Shown here one piece after another: positions 52,167-64,000 of a stretch of 64,000 nucleotides of DNA. The stretch lies in NCBI GenBank assembly GCA_964016885.1, contig OZ024742.1, forward strand, positions 254,386,001-254,450,000. The letters are read 5' to 3'. The DNA comes from Eledone cirrhosa. Taxonomy: Eukaryota. Under the pieces are notes generated by a model. That model was not told where the DNA came from and made no database searches. It saw only the letters and a list, made by a program, of their open reading frames with translations. The translations under genes and the position numbers were made by a program. How positions within the stretch are numbered: position 1 is the first letter of the stretch; each line of letters begins with the position of its first letter.

Positions 52167-54479
52167 TACATATATATATTGTTATACTTGGGGAGGGTCA
52201 TATTGTTGTAATAATATTGCCAGAATTAATAACAGAACACATATATGTCCAACCCATGCAATTATGGATAAGCCAGACATAAAATGATGATATATATTCA
52301 TATATATTAGTCTTCAAATATTCATGCTGTGTCAATACAAATCATAAATTGTTGATTTATGAGACCAACTTGTCCAATGTTATTACAAATTCAAATTAAC
52401 TGTTATTATGGTTTATATGTCATTCACTCATCGTCAGAACTGATGGAGTTCCTAGCCAGCACACGTGTGTGTTTGTATGGATGTCAAATAGAGAATTAGT
52501 AGAATGTTTCACTACATGCTTCTCTATGCTGAAGGGTATACCTACATCAAAGAGGAAATTAATTCTGCATATAGGAGTTAAATTAGTTTAATGGCATGCT
52601 AAGCCTATTGTATCTTTAGAAATATTAGCTGTCTTTCACTGACGCCATATTCACAGGAATATTTTTATCTCAGCCATGTAGTAAACTCATATTTTCTTTA
52701 AATAAATACTTCATAAGTATATTCCTAGCTCATGGGTATATATTTTCTTATGTGCATATATGTACATGTAAATTCATGAGATATAATCTTAAAATGCAAT
52801 TTATTTTCAACATATATAAAAATCATTTTTTGTTTTATTATATTTGTAAGTAAATTGATAAAATATTTAAGGAGATTCCTGCAAATATCTCTCTTATTCT
52901 TTGATAATTTACCAAAAAATGTTTCAATGTAAATCCTTTTTTTTTAGGGGAAATTAAATATGTACCTTGCCATAAAAAAAAATGATGGAGCATGCATCAA
53001 GTGAAAATATAAGGCATCTTCGCATAACAAATAAAATTGGATGTTAAATGATATACAAAAACTCAAGTATGTATATATATATATTCATACAAATATACAT
53101 ATATCTATACACACACCTACTCATATATATATACATACATATATATATATGTGTGTGTATATATAATATATATATATATATATTTATATGTATATATATA
53201 TATGAGTAGGTGTATATATATATATATATATATGTATATTTGTATGGATATATATATATACATATATATTTGTATATATATATATGTATACATATATATA
53301 TGTATATATATATATAGAAAGAGAGATGGATATCACATTCAGATCATGTGCTCATGGTAGTTTTTAAGGGAGGCAGAACTTAATATTTATCAGGGTATGT
53401 ATAATGAAATTTAAATATATATGTATGTATAAACAATGTTGTCTCAAAGACTGAGATGGCACACAAGTGTATTAGAATTGATAGAATAATGATTTCTATA
53501 GAAAAATGAGAAAAGCTCAATGCAAGATAAGTTGTTAAAACAACAAAACGGCATCAATGACAGCGTTGAGTAAAATTATCTCAAAGGACAGATATCTGTG
53601 GCTAGAAGTGTGTTGGCCCACAGAAGTGGTAGGAAGAAAGAAATAAAGGAAGAAAATGAATGAGACATGACTACACACACATCTTTTAACCTCTTCAGCT
53701 CTCATACCGGCTGTGGTTTTGATTTGGTGCTGAAAGAATGCACATTATTTCTCTCTCTAATCTATCTGTCAGTCCACTAATAGAGGAGTCTCTTGATAAG
53801 GCTTATTTACCTCACAGCGATGGTTCACCAGTTAGTTAATCAAAGAAGCATGTAGCATTATATTAGGAATAGTTAGTAAAGTTGCACAAAAAAGAAAAAC
53901 GAAATACATGGAGCAAATGAGAAAATATAACTTTCTTCCTCATCAGCCACCCACTGAACAATGTATTTTCATGCATAAGGGTAGTATTGCATAATATTCA
54001 GACCAAGTAGCATGATGGCTTAGAACATATATATATTTAGGGGATACACTAGCCTGTAGTAATACTTAGCATCCCCAAACCCAGGCCATAATATTCTGAT
54101 CACACCTAAATATCCTATGTACTTATTAGTTGTCGCAGTCACTTACCTGTCCTCCCAATCCTTGATACACTTCACCTGCCCAACCCATGAAAGTGAAATT
54201 CATTTGACATCTGACATCCCACAATGCTGTGCCATGGTAAAAACCACAAAGTCCACCCTATATGCTGATCCGGAATTGCAACTACAAAAGCACCCAGTCT
54301 ACACTGTAACATGGTTTGTGTTAGGAATGGCATCCAGCCATAGAAACAGAGCCTACATACAGATCCATAAGAGCTAGGTGTGGGTCTATGGACCTGACTT
54401 GTCTCATAATGTGACAACCCATTCAACCCATGCAAGCATGGAAAATGGATGATAATCGATGAAGAGGATATATATATAT

Positions 54480-54985
54480 ATCTCATCTCTCATCTCATCT
54501 GTCCTGTAGTCTGGTGGATCATTGGAGTGCCACTGATGATCCAGCAACCAGCTCCTTCCATTCCTCTTCCTCTTTATTCTCCTCATGGTTCCACCCAGCC
54601 TCATGCCTGCCCATTCCAGGATGTTATCTTCCCATCTCTTTCTTTGGCTGCCTCTCTTCTTCCCTTCTTGTACTATTCCCTGCAGGACAGTCTTAGCAAG
54701 CCCTGAAGTTCTTGTCACATGCCCGTACCATCTCAATTTGTGTTTTTTTACAATGGTCAGAAGGTCTTCGTAGGGCCCGATGGCTTGCCAAATTCTGTTT
54801 CACATATCCTCATTGGAGATGCGATATGTGTATGAGATTCCAAGGAGCTTCCTGAAGAATCTCACCTCCATAGCTTGTATTCTTCTTTCCAGATTTGCTG
54901 TTATTGTCCAAGACTCACAGGCATACAAGAATATGGATATGACCAGAGAACACATCAGTTTGATCTTTGAGCTGAGAGCTATATT
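54480..54985 (-). mobile_element. RTE LINE 3' fragment (another family)
   Basis: RWYGHVTRTSGLAKTVLQG..RGSQRKRWEDNI; (GAGAT)n tail. Confidence 0.85.
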
Positions 54986-55359
54986 ATATCATTCCACTTA
55001 AGTTATGTAAGTGATGCTATGGTAAATATATATATATATTTATATATGTGTGTGTGTAGATATACACACACATATACATATATCATACATACAGACACAT
55101 ACATACACGATACCCACATGACCATGGGATTTGCACCTTCAAAGTTCCCTTTCGAGACATATGTCCAGGCAAGGTTGTTTGTGGAAGACCAGCAGTTGCC
55201 CATATATACCAGTCTCCTCTCTCCACACCACCTATGTGGTCCAAGGGAAAGGCAAAGGCTGATAGAGCTTGGCATCAGTGACATTGCAACTTATTTCTAC
55301 AATTGTGTGAACTGGAGTAATGTGAAATAAATGCTTTCTTCAAGGATGCATCACATTGG

Positions 55360-57318
55360 CCAGAATGCTCTTATTGAGTCTATGGACATGTCAAAAATCA
55401 GCAAGAAAGCATGGACACTTATTCACAAGGTAATCCTAAAGCAGCTATTCAGCACCCAATAGTCACTGCCAACCAAGTTGCCAACCAATTGTTAGAGAAT
55501 GGAAAGAGTGGAAAGAGAGGGAAGAAGATCAAACTAAACGCCCAGAAATACACTGCAAACCCTGCTTTTACAAGACCATTTATCATAGAAGGACTGGAAG
55601 CAGGAATCTTTACCCTTAAACCAGGGAAAGCAGTTGCACTGGATAACATCGCAACCAAACAGATCAAGCACTTCAGTCACAAGGCAAAGATGTGGCATCT
55701 ACAGTCTACAATGATTTTTTAACAACATATAAACTCTCCAACACCTGGATGAAAGCTCACATCTGCACCTACCAACTTTAGACCAATCTCACTTTTGAGT
55801 CACAACTACAAGCTTTTTGAACACCTGATCCTCAACAGAATTGGCTCCTTTGTGGACGAACACCCCACCCCTGACCAAGTAGTCTTCTGCCCTGGCAAGT
55901 TGACAACTAGCCAAGTACTCAACCTCACCCAGTACATCAAGGACGGATCTGAGGAAGGGATGGTAACTGGTGTGGTGTTGGTCGATATCTCAGCTGCCTA
56001 TGACACAGTCAACCACAGTCATCTCCTTAGCAAGATCCTGGAGACCACAAGAGATACCTGCCTGAAAGCATGTTTAAAAACAGGCACTTCTTTGATGAGC
56101 TAGGAGAGAATAAAAGCAGGCAGCGAAGGCTCAAGAATGGCCTCCCACAGGGAACTATGCTTGCACCATTTCTCTTCAACATCCACACCAATTACCAACC
56201 AAAAAGCGCAGACACCTGCTGCTTCATCTATGCAGACGATCTTCGTATAGTTGCTAGACACTGATTTCAAAGTTGTGGAAGATAGAATCTCCAATGCTCT
56301 GGAAGAGCTAACACCTTATTATGAAGAGAACAATCTGCGTATAAATCCATCCAAGATGCAGGTGAGTGCCTTCCACCTGCAAAACCATGAAGCCAAGTGC
56401 CAATTGAAGGTTAACTGGTCAGGTAGCTCACCTGAACATTGTGCGCACCCAGTCTATCTAGGTGTAACCTTGGACAGGTTCTCTCTTTTAAGGTCCACAT
56501 TGAGAAGACCAAGTTCAAAATGAATGTGAGGAACAATATTATCTGTAAGCCTACTGGCACAACCTGGGCTGCAAACACATAGACTCTGAAGTCAACTGCA
56601 CTAGCTTTCTGCTGCTCAGCTGTCGAGTATCCATGCCCAGTATGGGAGTGAGCTGTCCATGTCCAGAAGATAGATCTCACCCTCAATGTTGGCAGCTGCT
56701 GCATCACAGGCTGCCTGAAATCTACACCTATGGACCGTCTGCATATCCTGGCAGGCATAGACCCACCAGAGATTTGACAAAGTGCAGCAAGCAAGAAAAA
56801 GCATCAACAACAGACTACAGATAAAAAAATCTTCCCTTTGGCCATATGCCGGCCCCAAACCACCTTAAATCCAGGAACAGTTTGCTAAAGAGCATCACAC
56901 CCCTTGGAACATCAAGCATAAGTAGTGAAAGAGTCACTCGCTGGGAAGAAAATCCAAACAACCACCCATCTGTAACAACAACAGAGCTAAAGGCAAGCGA
57001 GGCACTGCCCCCACCTCTTCCCTGGAGCAGATACAAACTATGCAGTGTGGAAATGCCTCAACAGATTAAGATCTGGTGTTGGGCATGCAAAAGTCAATCT
57101 GGCAAAATGGAGATATTTAAAGGATGGGGATTTGTGTGACTGCGGCATCGAACCACAGACTACACAGCACCTCCTGATATTCCGCCTGCTGGAACACCCC
57201 TGCACAGCATTGGACTTGGTAGAGTTTAATGAGAAAGGACAGAAATGTGTTCAGCTGTGGCAGAACCACTTCTAGCCAAGTTTTGTAGCTAACACTCTTG
57301 TGGACACGATAAGAAGAA
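55360..57318 (+). mobile_element. I-group (Vingi/Ingi-like) LINE, 5'-truncated, degraded
   Basis: FRPISLL, DISAAYDTVNH, NGLPQG..LAP.LFNI and FIYADD motifs; C-terminal WKCLNRLRSG..CDCG....T..HLL knuckle; aagaagaa tail. Clade assigned from motif memory. Confidence 0.75.
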
Positions 57319-59489
57319 CTGGCTGGTCAGGGAGTCAAACTCATAACCCCATGATTATAAGACTAGCAATCTAACTATTTAACCATGCACCATCACATAC
57401 ACACACACACACATACCTACATGCATCCACACACACACACACACATTGTTATTCTCTACATCTTTCTACAGCTTTAGACCTACTTACAAATCAGATTCCT
57501 ATGTTTCCCGCACTTAATTTGGCAGTCAATATATTCTGCCTTTTGGGTTGTTTTCTTCCTGGTGAGACAAAAGCCAGCTACAATGCATTTTTCCTTTCTT
57601 ATTTTTTCCACAAAAAACATATTCCTATTAATACATCATTGAATTACAGGAAAGATAATTTTTAGATGCTTCTTTGTAAGGAATCTGCAACTAGATGTCT
57701 TTCAATAAATAACAATGCACTGTAAAACTTAAGGTCCTCCACCACTTGAAACAGTTTTAACAAGACATTCTTGAACATTACAAAAACATCACGATGACTT
57801 CATCACAATAAAAACTAAGGCATAGCAACATTAAAAATAAATATGGTGAGAGACCAGAGGCTATCGTGTTTAGCTATCAATAGTGTACAGAGTCAAAGTA
57901 AAGTGTGAGATACCTCTTCAGTCAAGTCTATCATGTGACAAGCTCTCAAGTGCTGGAGTCAACTCTGTAAAATGGTCAGTAAAACAGCACCCTTGATACT
58001 CTATAAGGGGGTTGGTGTTAGAAAGAGCCTCCAACTATAGAAACTATGCCAAATATAGAATGTATGATGAAGATGGGTTGATCCAATTCAACTGAAGCCA
58101 ATATTCACATGTTTTCTGAAGGTTATATAGCAGGGTCATATCTATTATACAATATACAAAATCCTGTCCTCTACTACAAGCACTGCAACACTAAAAGAAA
58201 ATTTGCTATGAGACAGGAGGCTACACTGTTTAGCAACTAAACAGAGGCAACATAAAGTCTGATAGAACTCTTCAGTTTGGATGATCATGTGAGATCCTCT
58301 TTAGTGCTAGTGCCACACTAAAATACACATAGTCCACATTGTAAAGCAGTAGTGCTGGTGTCAAGATAAAATGCATTCACTTCACTTAGTAAAGTAACAA
58401 TCCTGATGGCACAATAAAATGTATCTAGTACAACATGTGAGGTGGTTAGTGTTAGGAAAGGCATCCAGCTGTGCAAATCATGCTAAATATGGAATGTATG
58501 AGAAAGAGGTGTTCACCTTTCTCATCAAGCCTCAGAACATGTTAGCCTATCCAACTCATGTTAGCATAGAAAGCAGATGTAAAGGTGATGACAACAATGA
58601 TAATGATTATAAATATCTTGGTTAATTGGAACTTGAATTTTGTTGAGCCAACAGCTGCTTTATCCAATATTGAGGAAGTATCAAACAACCTTCAAGCTTT
58701 TTGTATTATGGCTGGTGATAGGAAGGGCATCCAGTCACAGAAAACCTGATAAACAAAGGATTGAGAGGATTCTTCAGCTGTTCAGCTGTGTCAAAAATAT
58801 GACAACTTCCTTAGTGCTGGCATCATGACCAAATGCATTTGGTAGAAAGCAATGGCTTCACTTGAATACTGACTGGTCTGTGATGACACATTTAACCATT
58901 GCTCAGAGACATGGAAAGAAATAAAGGCTATCTTTTGACAAGGATGGCAAAGAGAGTACATAAACAAATAAGAATAAAAAGTCTTATGATTGGAAACAGG
59001 ACTTGATACTGGATTGGTGGAAGGGAGTGGGTTAGACAGTCAATACTGGACTGGTGGAAAGGAGGGGGCATTATAGGCTCAATACGTAACTGGTGAAAGA
59101 TGGTTTGGGTGGTGATGGTGGTGGTGGTGTCAATAGAATGCTCAGCCATGAACACTATTATATAAAATGGAATATACCTGTAATTCAAAGAGCCAGTCTT
59201 GTCTCACTCTGCGTCCAGCTATATCTCTCGGTAAAATACAATAAGAGTAAACATGTATGTGGAATGCGAGTCAACTAAATATTCCATTGTTGGAAGTAAT
59301 GGAAGACAAATGACAACTTATTTTGAAGCTAAATCATATTTTGTCTTTAGGATAAGACGTATTAGAAAAAAAATAAGTCATAGAAAGTATGTGAACAAAA
59401 ATTGTCTCAGGTTGTGTATATTTTTTTTCTTGGAAATAATTGGCCGTTCTTTAAAATTTCAATCTGATTATCTTTATCGCTATCATCAT

Positions 59490-59990
59490 TAATTATTATT
59501 ATTGTTATTATTGTTCTTTGAGTCTCAGTCATTGATGTTAGTTAACTGGAAAGTTTGTTGAAATGAATATCAAGCCACTACCTGCAGCCTCAGACATTCA
59601 GGATGTATCGGAGGGTTTTTGCTGTTCCCAGCAAGCATGCCTTTTGAAGTGTTCCAAAAAGCAGGGCTGGACTAATCTTCTTTAACCATCCTTGGAAACT
59701 CTTTGAGATAGTACCTAGTGCGCCTATGACAATTGGGACGTCCTTGATTTCATGACAGTTCCAAAACCTTTTTAACTCCCATTTTAAGTCCTGGCATCGG
59801 TTAATTTTCTCCCTCTCCTTTTCTTGCACTCTCGTGTCAAATCGGCAGGCTATGTCTACAATCAGGCACAATCTTTTTTCCTTGTCCAAAACCACCAGGT
59901 CAGGCCTATTGTGTTCTAATTTCTTGTCCGTCTGTATCCTAAAATCCCATAGCACCTTCACCTGATCGTTTTCTATCACTGACTCTGTTT
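59490..59990 (-). mobile_element. R4/Dong-clade non-LTR element 3' fragment (restriction-like endonuclease)
   Basis: ORF 59590-59979: LWDFRIQTD..HNRPDLVV..D..K..PIVIGALG..LQKACLLGT; (TAA)n on both sides. Confidence 0.88.
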
Positions 59991-60007
59991 ATGATATTAT
60001 TATTATA

Positions 60008-60192
60008 GTGGATTGGCAGTATCGGTAAAGGGTCAGACGTCATGCTTTGACGCAGAGAATTACGGCCCTTTCCATTCTGAGTTCAAATCCTGCCGAGGTC
60101 AACTTTGCCTTTCATCCTTACGGGGTCGATAAAATAAAGTACCAGTAATGTACTGGGTAATTGCTGGCCTTGTGCCAAAAGTAGAAACAATT
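60008..60192 (+). mobile_element. SINE family 2
   Basis: Matches 11718-11897. Confidence 0.88.
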
Positions 60193-60606
60193 ATTATTAT
60201 TATTATTATCATTATTACTATTATTATTTGTAGTCATAGTAGTAGCAGCAGCAGCAGCAGTAGTAGCAGCAGCAGCAGCAGTAGTAGCAGTAGCAGCAGC
60301 AGCAGCAGTAGTAGTAGTAGCAGTAGTAGTAGTTGTATATGGTGTGGTTTTAATGCTGTCTTTGCTTAATAGTATCACTACTCATAGTACTATCATCATC
60401 GTCATCATCATCATCACCAACATCATCATCACCATCATAAAAACTATCACCACCACCACAACCATTAATACCAGCACTCTCTCCACCACCATCATCACAA
60501 CCATCATCATCCCAACCACTACCATTACCGTTACCACCATCATAATCACTCTCACCACCTCTACCACCACCACCACCACCAATGGCATCACCACAACCAT
60601 CATTAC
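60190..60606. repeat. Trinucleotide microsatellites (ATT, AGC/AGT, CAT/CAC)
   Basis: Direct reading. Confidence 0.95.
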
Positions 60607-61320
60607 TATTTATCAGGCATCTAATCAACTAATCAAGGTGCATTTCTTGACAACTGGTAAAATAAATGCAACATTTGTTGCTATCAGTTCCAAAGACTTT
60701 TAAGATTCCAAAGATATTTCTACCAAAATCTCTTGAAATAATTTTATACTTTTTAAATTAGATTTCTGATTTTATAAAATGCAGATTTCTTTGTCAAATG
60801 TGTTGTCGTTTACAGTACAATCTTTTATTCTTTTACTGATTGCAGTCATTAGTATGTGGCCATGCTAAAGCACTACCTTGATTCAGCAAAACTAATGTTT
60901 CTAACCTGATATTTATTTTATTGATTTTTTTTAAAAGCACAGACAGATGCAAATATAAACAGAGATACAAACACACACACACACACACACACGCACGTAC
61001 ATACACACGCGCACACATAAACATACACATACACACACACATATATATATAAAAGAAAATGAACAAAGAGAGGACAAGACAGCAAACACAAACAAAGGAA
61101 AACAAAGAACAATTTTTTAAGGGGAAACTTTAAATAGTTGTTTTTCGAAAATAAAAATGCAAATGAAAACACAGAATTCCAGGTACTGCTGGTCCACCCG
61201 AGTTCACAGCATCTGACAAGCCTAACAGTGTCCAGTGGAGTAAGAGATGAGAAACAAAACATAGAATTTTATGACTTCAAGGAAAAAGTGTGGTGCCTCT
61301 TATATATATATATATATATA

Positions 61321-61690
61321 TATGAATGTATATATAGTGTATTTTGCAATACACTGTATGCTTAATTAAAAGCATTTCGAAGACCTTACGCTATTGTTTT
61401 AGAGTAGTGACAGGCTCACTTACTTTCAATTTTCAGCAAACAGGGGAGATAAAGCTGACAGAGCTCTGTTTCGTACTGATTGGTACTTATCAAAGCCAAG
61501 TACTCCACCTGTTTGCTGAAAATCATGAATGTTTGGTTCTTATAGAATTCTAGTAATAATCAGGAACCGATTATACAGAGCGGTTGCCTGTCAAGCAGAA
61601 ATTGCAAATTAGAATTGGTGCTCTGAAATAGCGATATATATGAATGTATATAGAGTGTATTTTGCAATACACTGTATGCTTAATTAAAAT
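61321..61690 (-). mobile_element. ~320-bp retrozyme-like element, ~1.15 units
   Basis: Same family as 37857; its start recurs ~318 bp later; TA flanks. Confidence 0.8.
61454..61496 (-). ncRNA. Minimal hammerhead ribozyme, U3-A8 variant with a perfect palindromic stem III
   Basis: gct-TTGATAA-gtac-caatca-gtac-GAAA-cagagctctg-TC-agc. Confidence 0.78.
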
Positions 61691-61697
61691 CAAAATG

Positions 61698-61788
<91 letters not shown>

Positions 61789-61833
61789 ATATATACATTT
61801 ATATACATATATACATATATATATATACATATT

Positions 61834-63043
61834 AATTAACCTGGCTAAGACTAAAGTTCTAGTTTGTAGGCAGCGGTCCCTTCTGGGAAATGGCCATGCT
61901 CAGTGTGTAGGAAAGGCGTAGGTAGAAACTCCATTTTATGTCCCAAATGCAAAGCATGGGTGCATAAAAGATGTAGTGGGATCACAGGTAAGCTAACTAA
62001 GAACTTAGATTTTACATGTGGGCGGTGCTCTGGTGCAATAAGTAGCAGCAAGTGCCAAGAGAATACTAGCTCTTTCAATTGCGCAGAGGGCTCTATAGAA
62101 ATAGTGGACAGCTTCCGTTACCTGGGTGACATAGTACAGTAGCTAGAGTCAGAACTGGATGGAAAAAGTTCAGAGAGCTTATACCACTATTAGCCGCTAA
62201 AGGGTTCTCCCTAAAAATGAAAGGCAGGTTGTATGATGCCTGCATACGAACAGCAATGTTGCATGGCAGTGAGACCTGGGCATTGTGCGCAGAGGATATA
62301 CGCAGACTAGAGAGGAACGAAGCTTGCATGCTCCGCTGGATGTGTAATAGTAATATACGTGAACAGCAAAGCATAAACGAACTAAGGAAAAAATTAGAAA
62401 TAAGAGGGATCAGATGTTGTTTACTCGGGAGAAGGCTACGTTGGTACGGACACGTGATGCGCATGAAAGTCGATAGCTGTATAACAAAGTGCAGGGCAAT
62501 AAAGATAGACGGTAGCCACGGAATAGGCAGACCTAGAAAATCCTGGGACGAGCTGATAAACTCCGACCTCACACACTTACACCTCTCCAAGACAATGTCA
62601 CTGGACCGAGACCTTTGGCGGTACTCAGTAACAGAGAAGACCCGCCTTACCTAAATACATAGTAAAACCTACTACAGTCAGTAGGCATCTCTAACAAAAT
62701 ACACCCCCGTCCCACCACCCCCACCCCATCCACACCACCGTGTTCTATGTAAACTTATGTTGGTGCCACAACATCCAGGCCGAAACAAATGAGATCGTGT
62801 AGGTGTCACGACAAAAAAACACACAGTCCACGCTGTAATGTGGCCGTGTAGGCAACACGGTAAAAACCTCCCAGACCCACACTGTAAATGTGGTTGGTGT
62901 TAGGAAGGGCATCCAGCTGTAGAAAACCCACCAGACAGTCCTATGCGAGCAAGACAATCACTCTTGCCTCAAGTGGGAATACCCCCATCCAAACCCATGC
63001 AAGCGTGGAACACGGACGTTAAACGTTGATGATGATGATGATG
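61834..63043 (+). mobile_element. RTE family A 3' fragment with small deletions
   Basis: ORFs 61903-62142 and 62217-62654 match the 34612 ORF; UTR and tail present. Confidence 0.94.
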
Positions 63044-63056
63044 ATATATATATATT

Positions 63057-63213
63057 TGGTGTTAGGAAGGGCATCCAGCCATAGAAAACCTGCCAGATAG
63101 TCCTATATGAGCGAGATACGGTCACCCGACCAACCTTGCCTCAAGTGCGACAAATCCAGTCTAACCGATGCTAGCGTGGAAGATGGACGTTAAACGAAGA
63201 TGATGATGATGAT
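63057..63213 (+). mobile_element. Short RTE-related non-autonomous tail element
   Basis: ggtgttaggaagggcatcc...ggacgttaaacgaa(gat)n. Confidence 0.75.
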
Positions 63214-63284
63214 ATATATATATATATATATTATAATAATAACATCAGCATCTTTATTAATATTATTATTATGCTGAACCTTTA

Positions 63285-63405
63285 CGATCTGAGTTCAAAT
63301 CCCGCCGAGGTTGACTTTGCCTTTCATCCTTACGGGGTCGATAAAATAACGTACCAGTAATGCACTGGGTAATTGCTGGCCTTGTGCCTAAAGTAGAAAC
63401 AATTA
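63285..63405 (+). mobile_element. SINE family 2, 5'-truncated
   Basis: B box plus middle domain. Confidence 0.8.
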
Positions 63406-64000
63406 TTATACTGAACCTCCATTGTAACTTCAAACTACGAATGTTGAGAGCTTTCCTGCTTGCTCCGGTTTTTACCAAAACAATCTATTCGGAACATATA
63501 TATATATATGTATGTATATTGCTTAGACAACAACAAAAAGTTATTTAGGATAGAGAATAACTGCATAAGCTTCTTCTGCTTCTGCTACTATGACTACTAT
63601 TACTTCTACCATAAATATTATCATTACTACAACTGCTACAAACATCACCTCTACAACCATCAACAATAAAACTAATAATAATTTCTCTATTAGCCACAAG
63701 GGCTTGCCTATAGAAATCCAGCAAACATTATGAACATAGGAGGTACAGTACATGTTGGGTTAGAAAGACAAAGTTTATAAAAACAAGGGTAGAGGCAATG
63801 ATGTTATACAATGGACAGATTAATTTGATAAAACATGAAATATATATAAGATTATTATAAAACACAATAATCAACACATGGTATCATATATCTGGTTTAT
63901 CCTCACCCTGAGCAGATAAATCTTTCACCTTTAACACATGATATTAACATCATCACCATTTAACGTCCATTGTTCCATGCTTGCATGGGTTAGATGGGTC

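Noticed and set aside
52420-52445. CTGACGA box on the minus strand; also TTGATGA-ggagt..actcc at ~8809
   Set aside because: No GAAA following a closed stem II.
60118-60703. Poly-S/T/A/D mucin-like ORFs
   Set aside because: Trinucleotide microsatellites open in several frames.

Overview
Eukaryotic, AT-rich, repeat-saturated DNA. The (TA)n/(CA)n load and the SINE/RTE/Penelope repertoire suggest a cephalopod (Octopus-like) genome; this is inferred, not searched. I found no host protein-coding gene that I can support. The window is a mosaic of mostly dead transposable elements: several RTE LINE families (one young family in 5 copies whose RT carries an inserted C4HC3 PHD-like finger), CR1, Tx1/L1, Vingi-like and Dong/R4 LINE fragments, two tRNA-derived SINE families, a hAT transposase relic and hAT MITEs, and Penelope-like elements (PLEs). 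The most notable signal lies outside the ORF track: about ten hammerhead-ribozyme (HHR) folds in at least five unrelated repeat families. These include two families with the compensatory U3-A8 core (TTGANAA), a ~320-bp tandem retrozyme-like monomer, and a 416-bp spacerless palindrome with an HHR in each arm. Many HHR-bearing elements form fold-back palindromes and sit in (TA)n tracts. All folds and alignments were read by eye, and element boundaries are approximate unless TSDs or TIRs are given.
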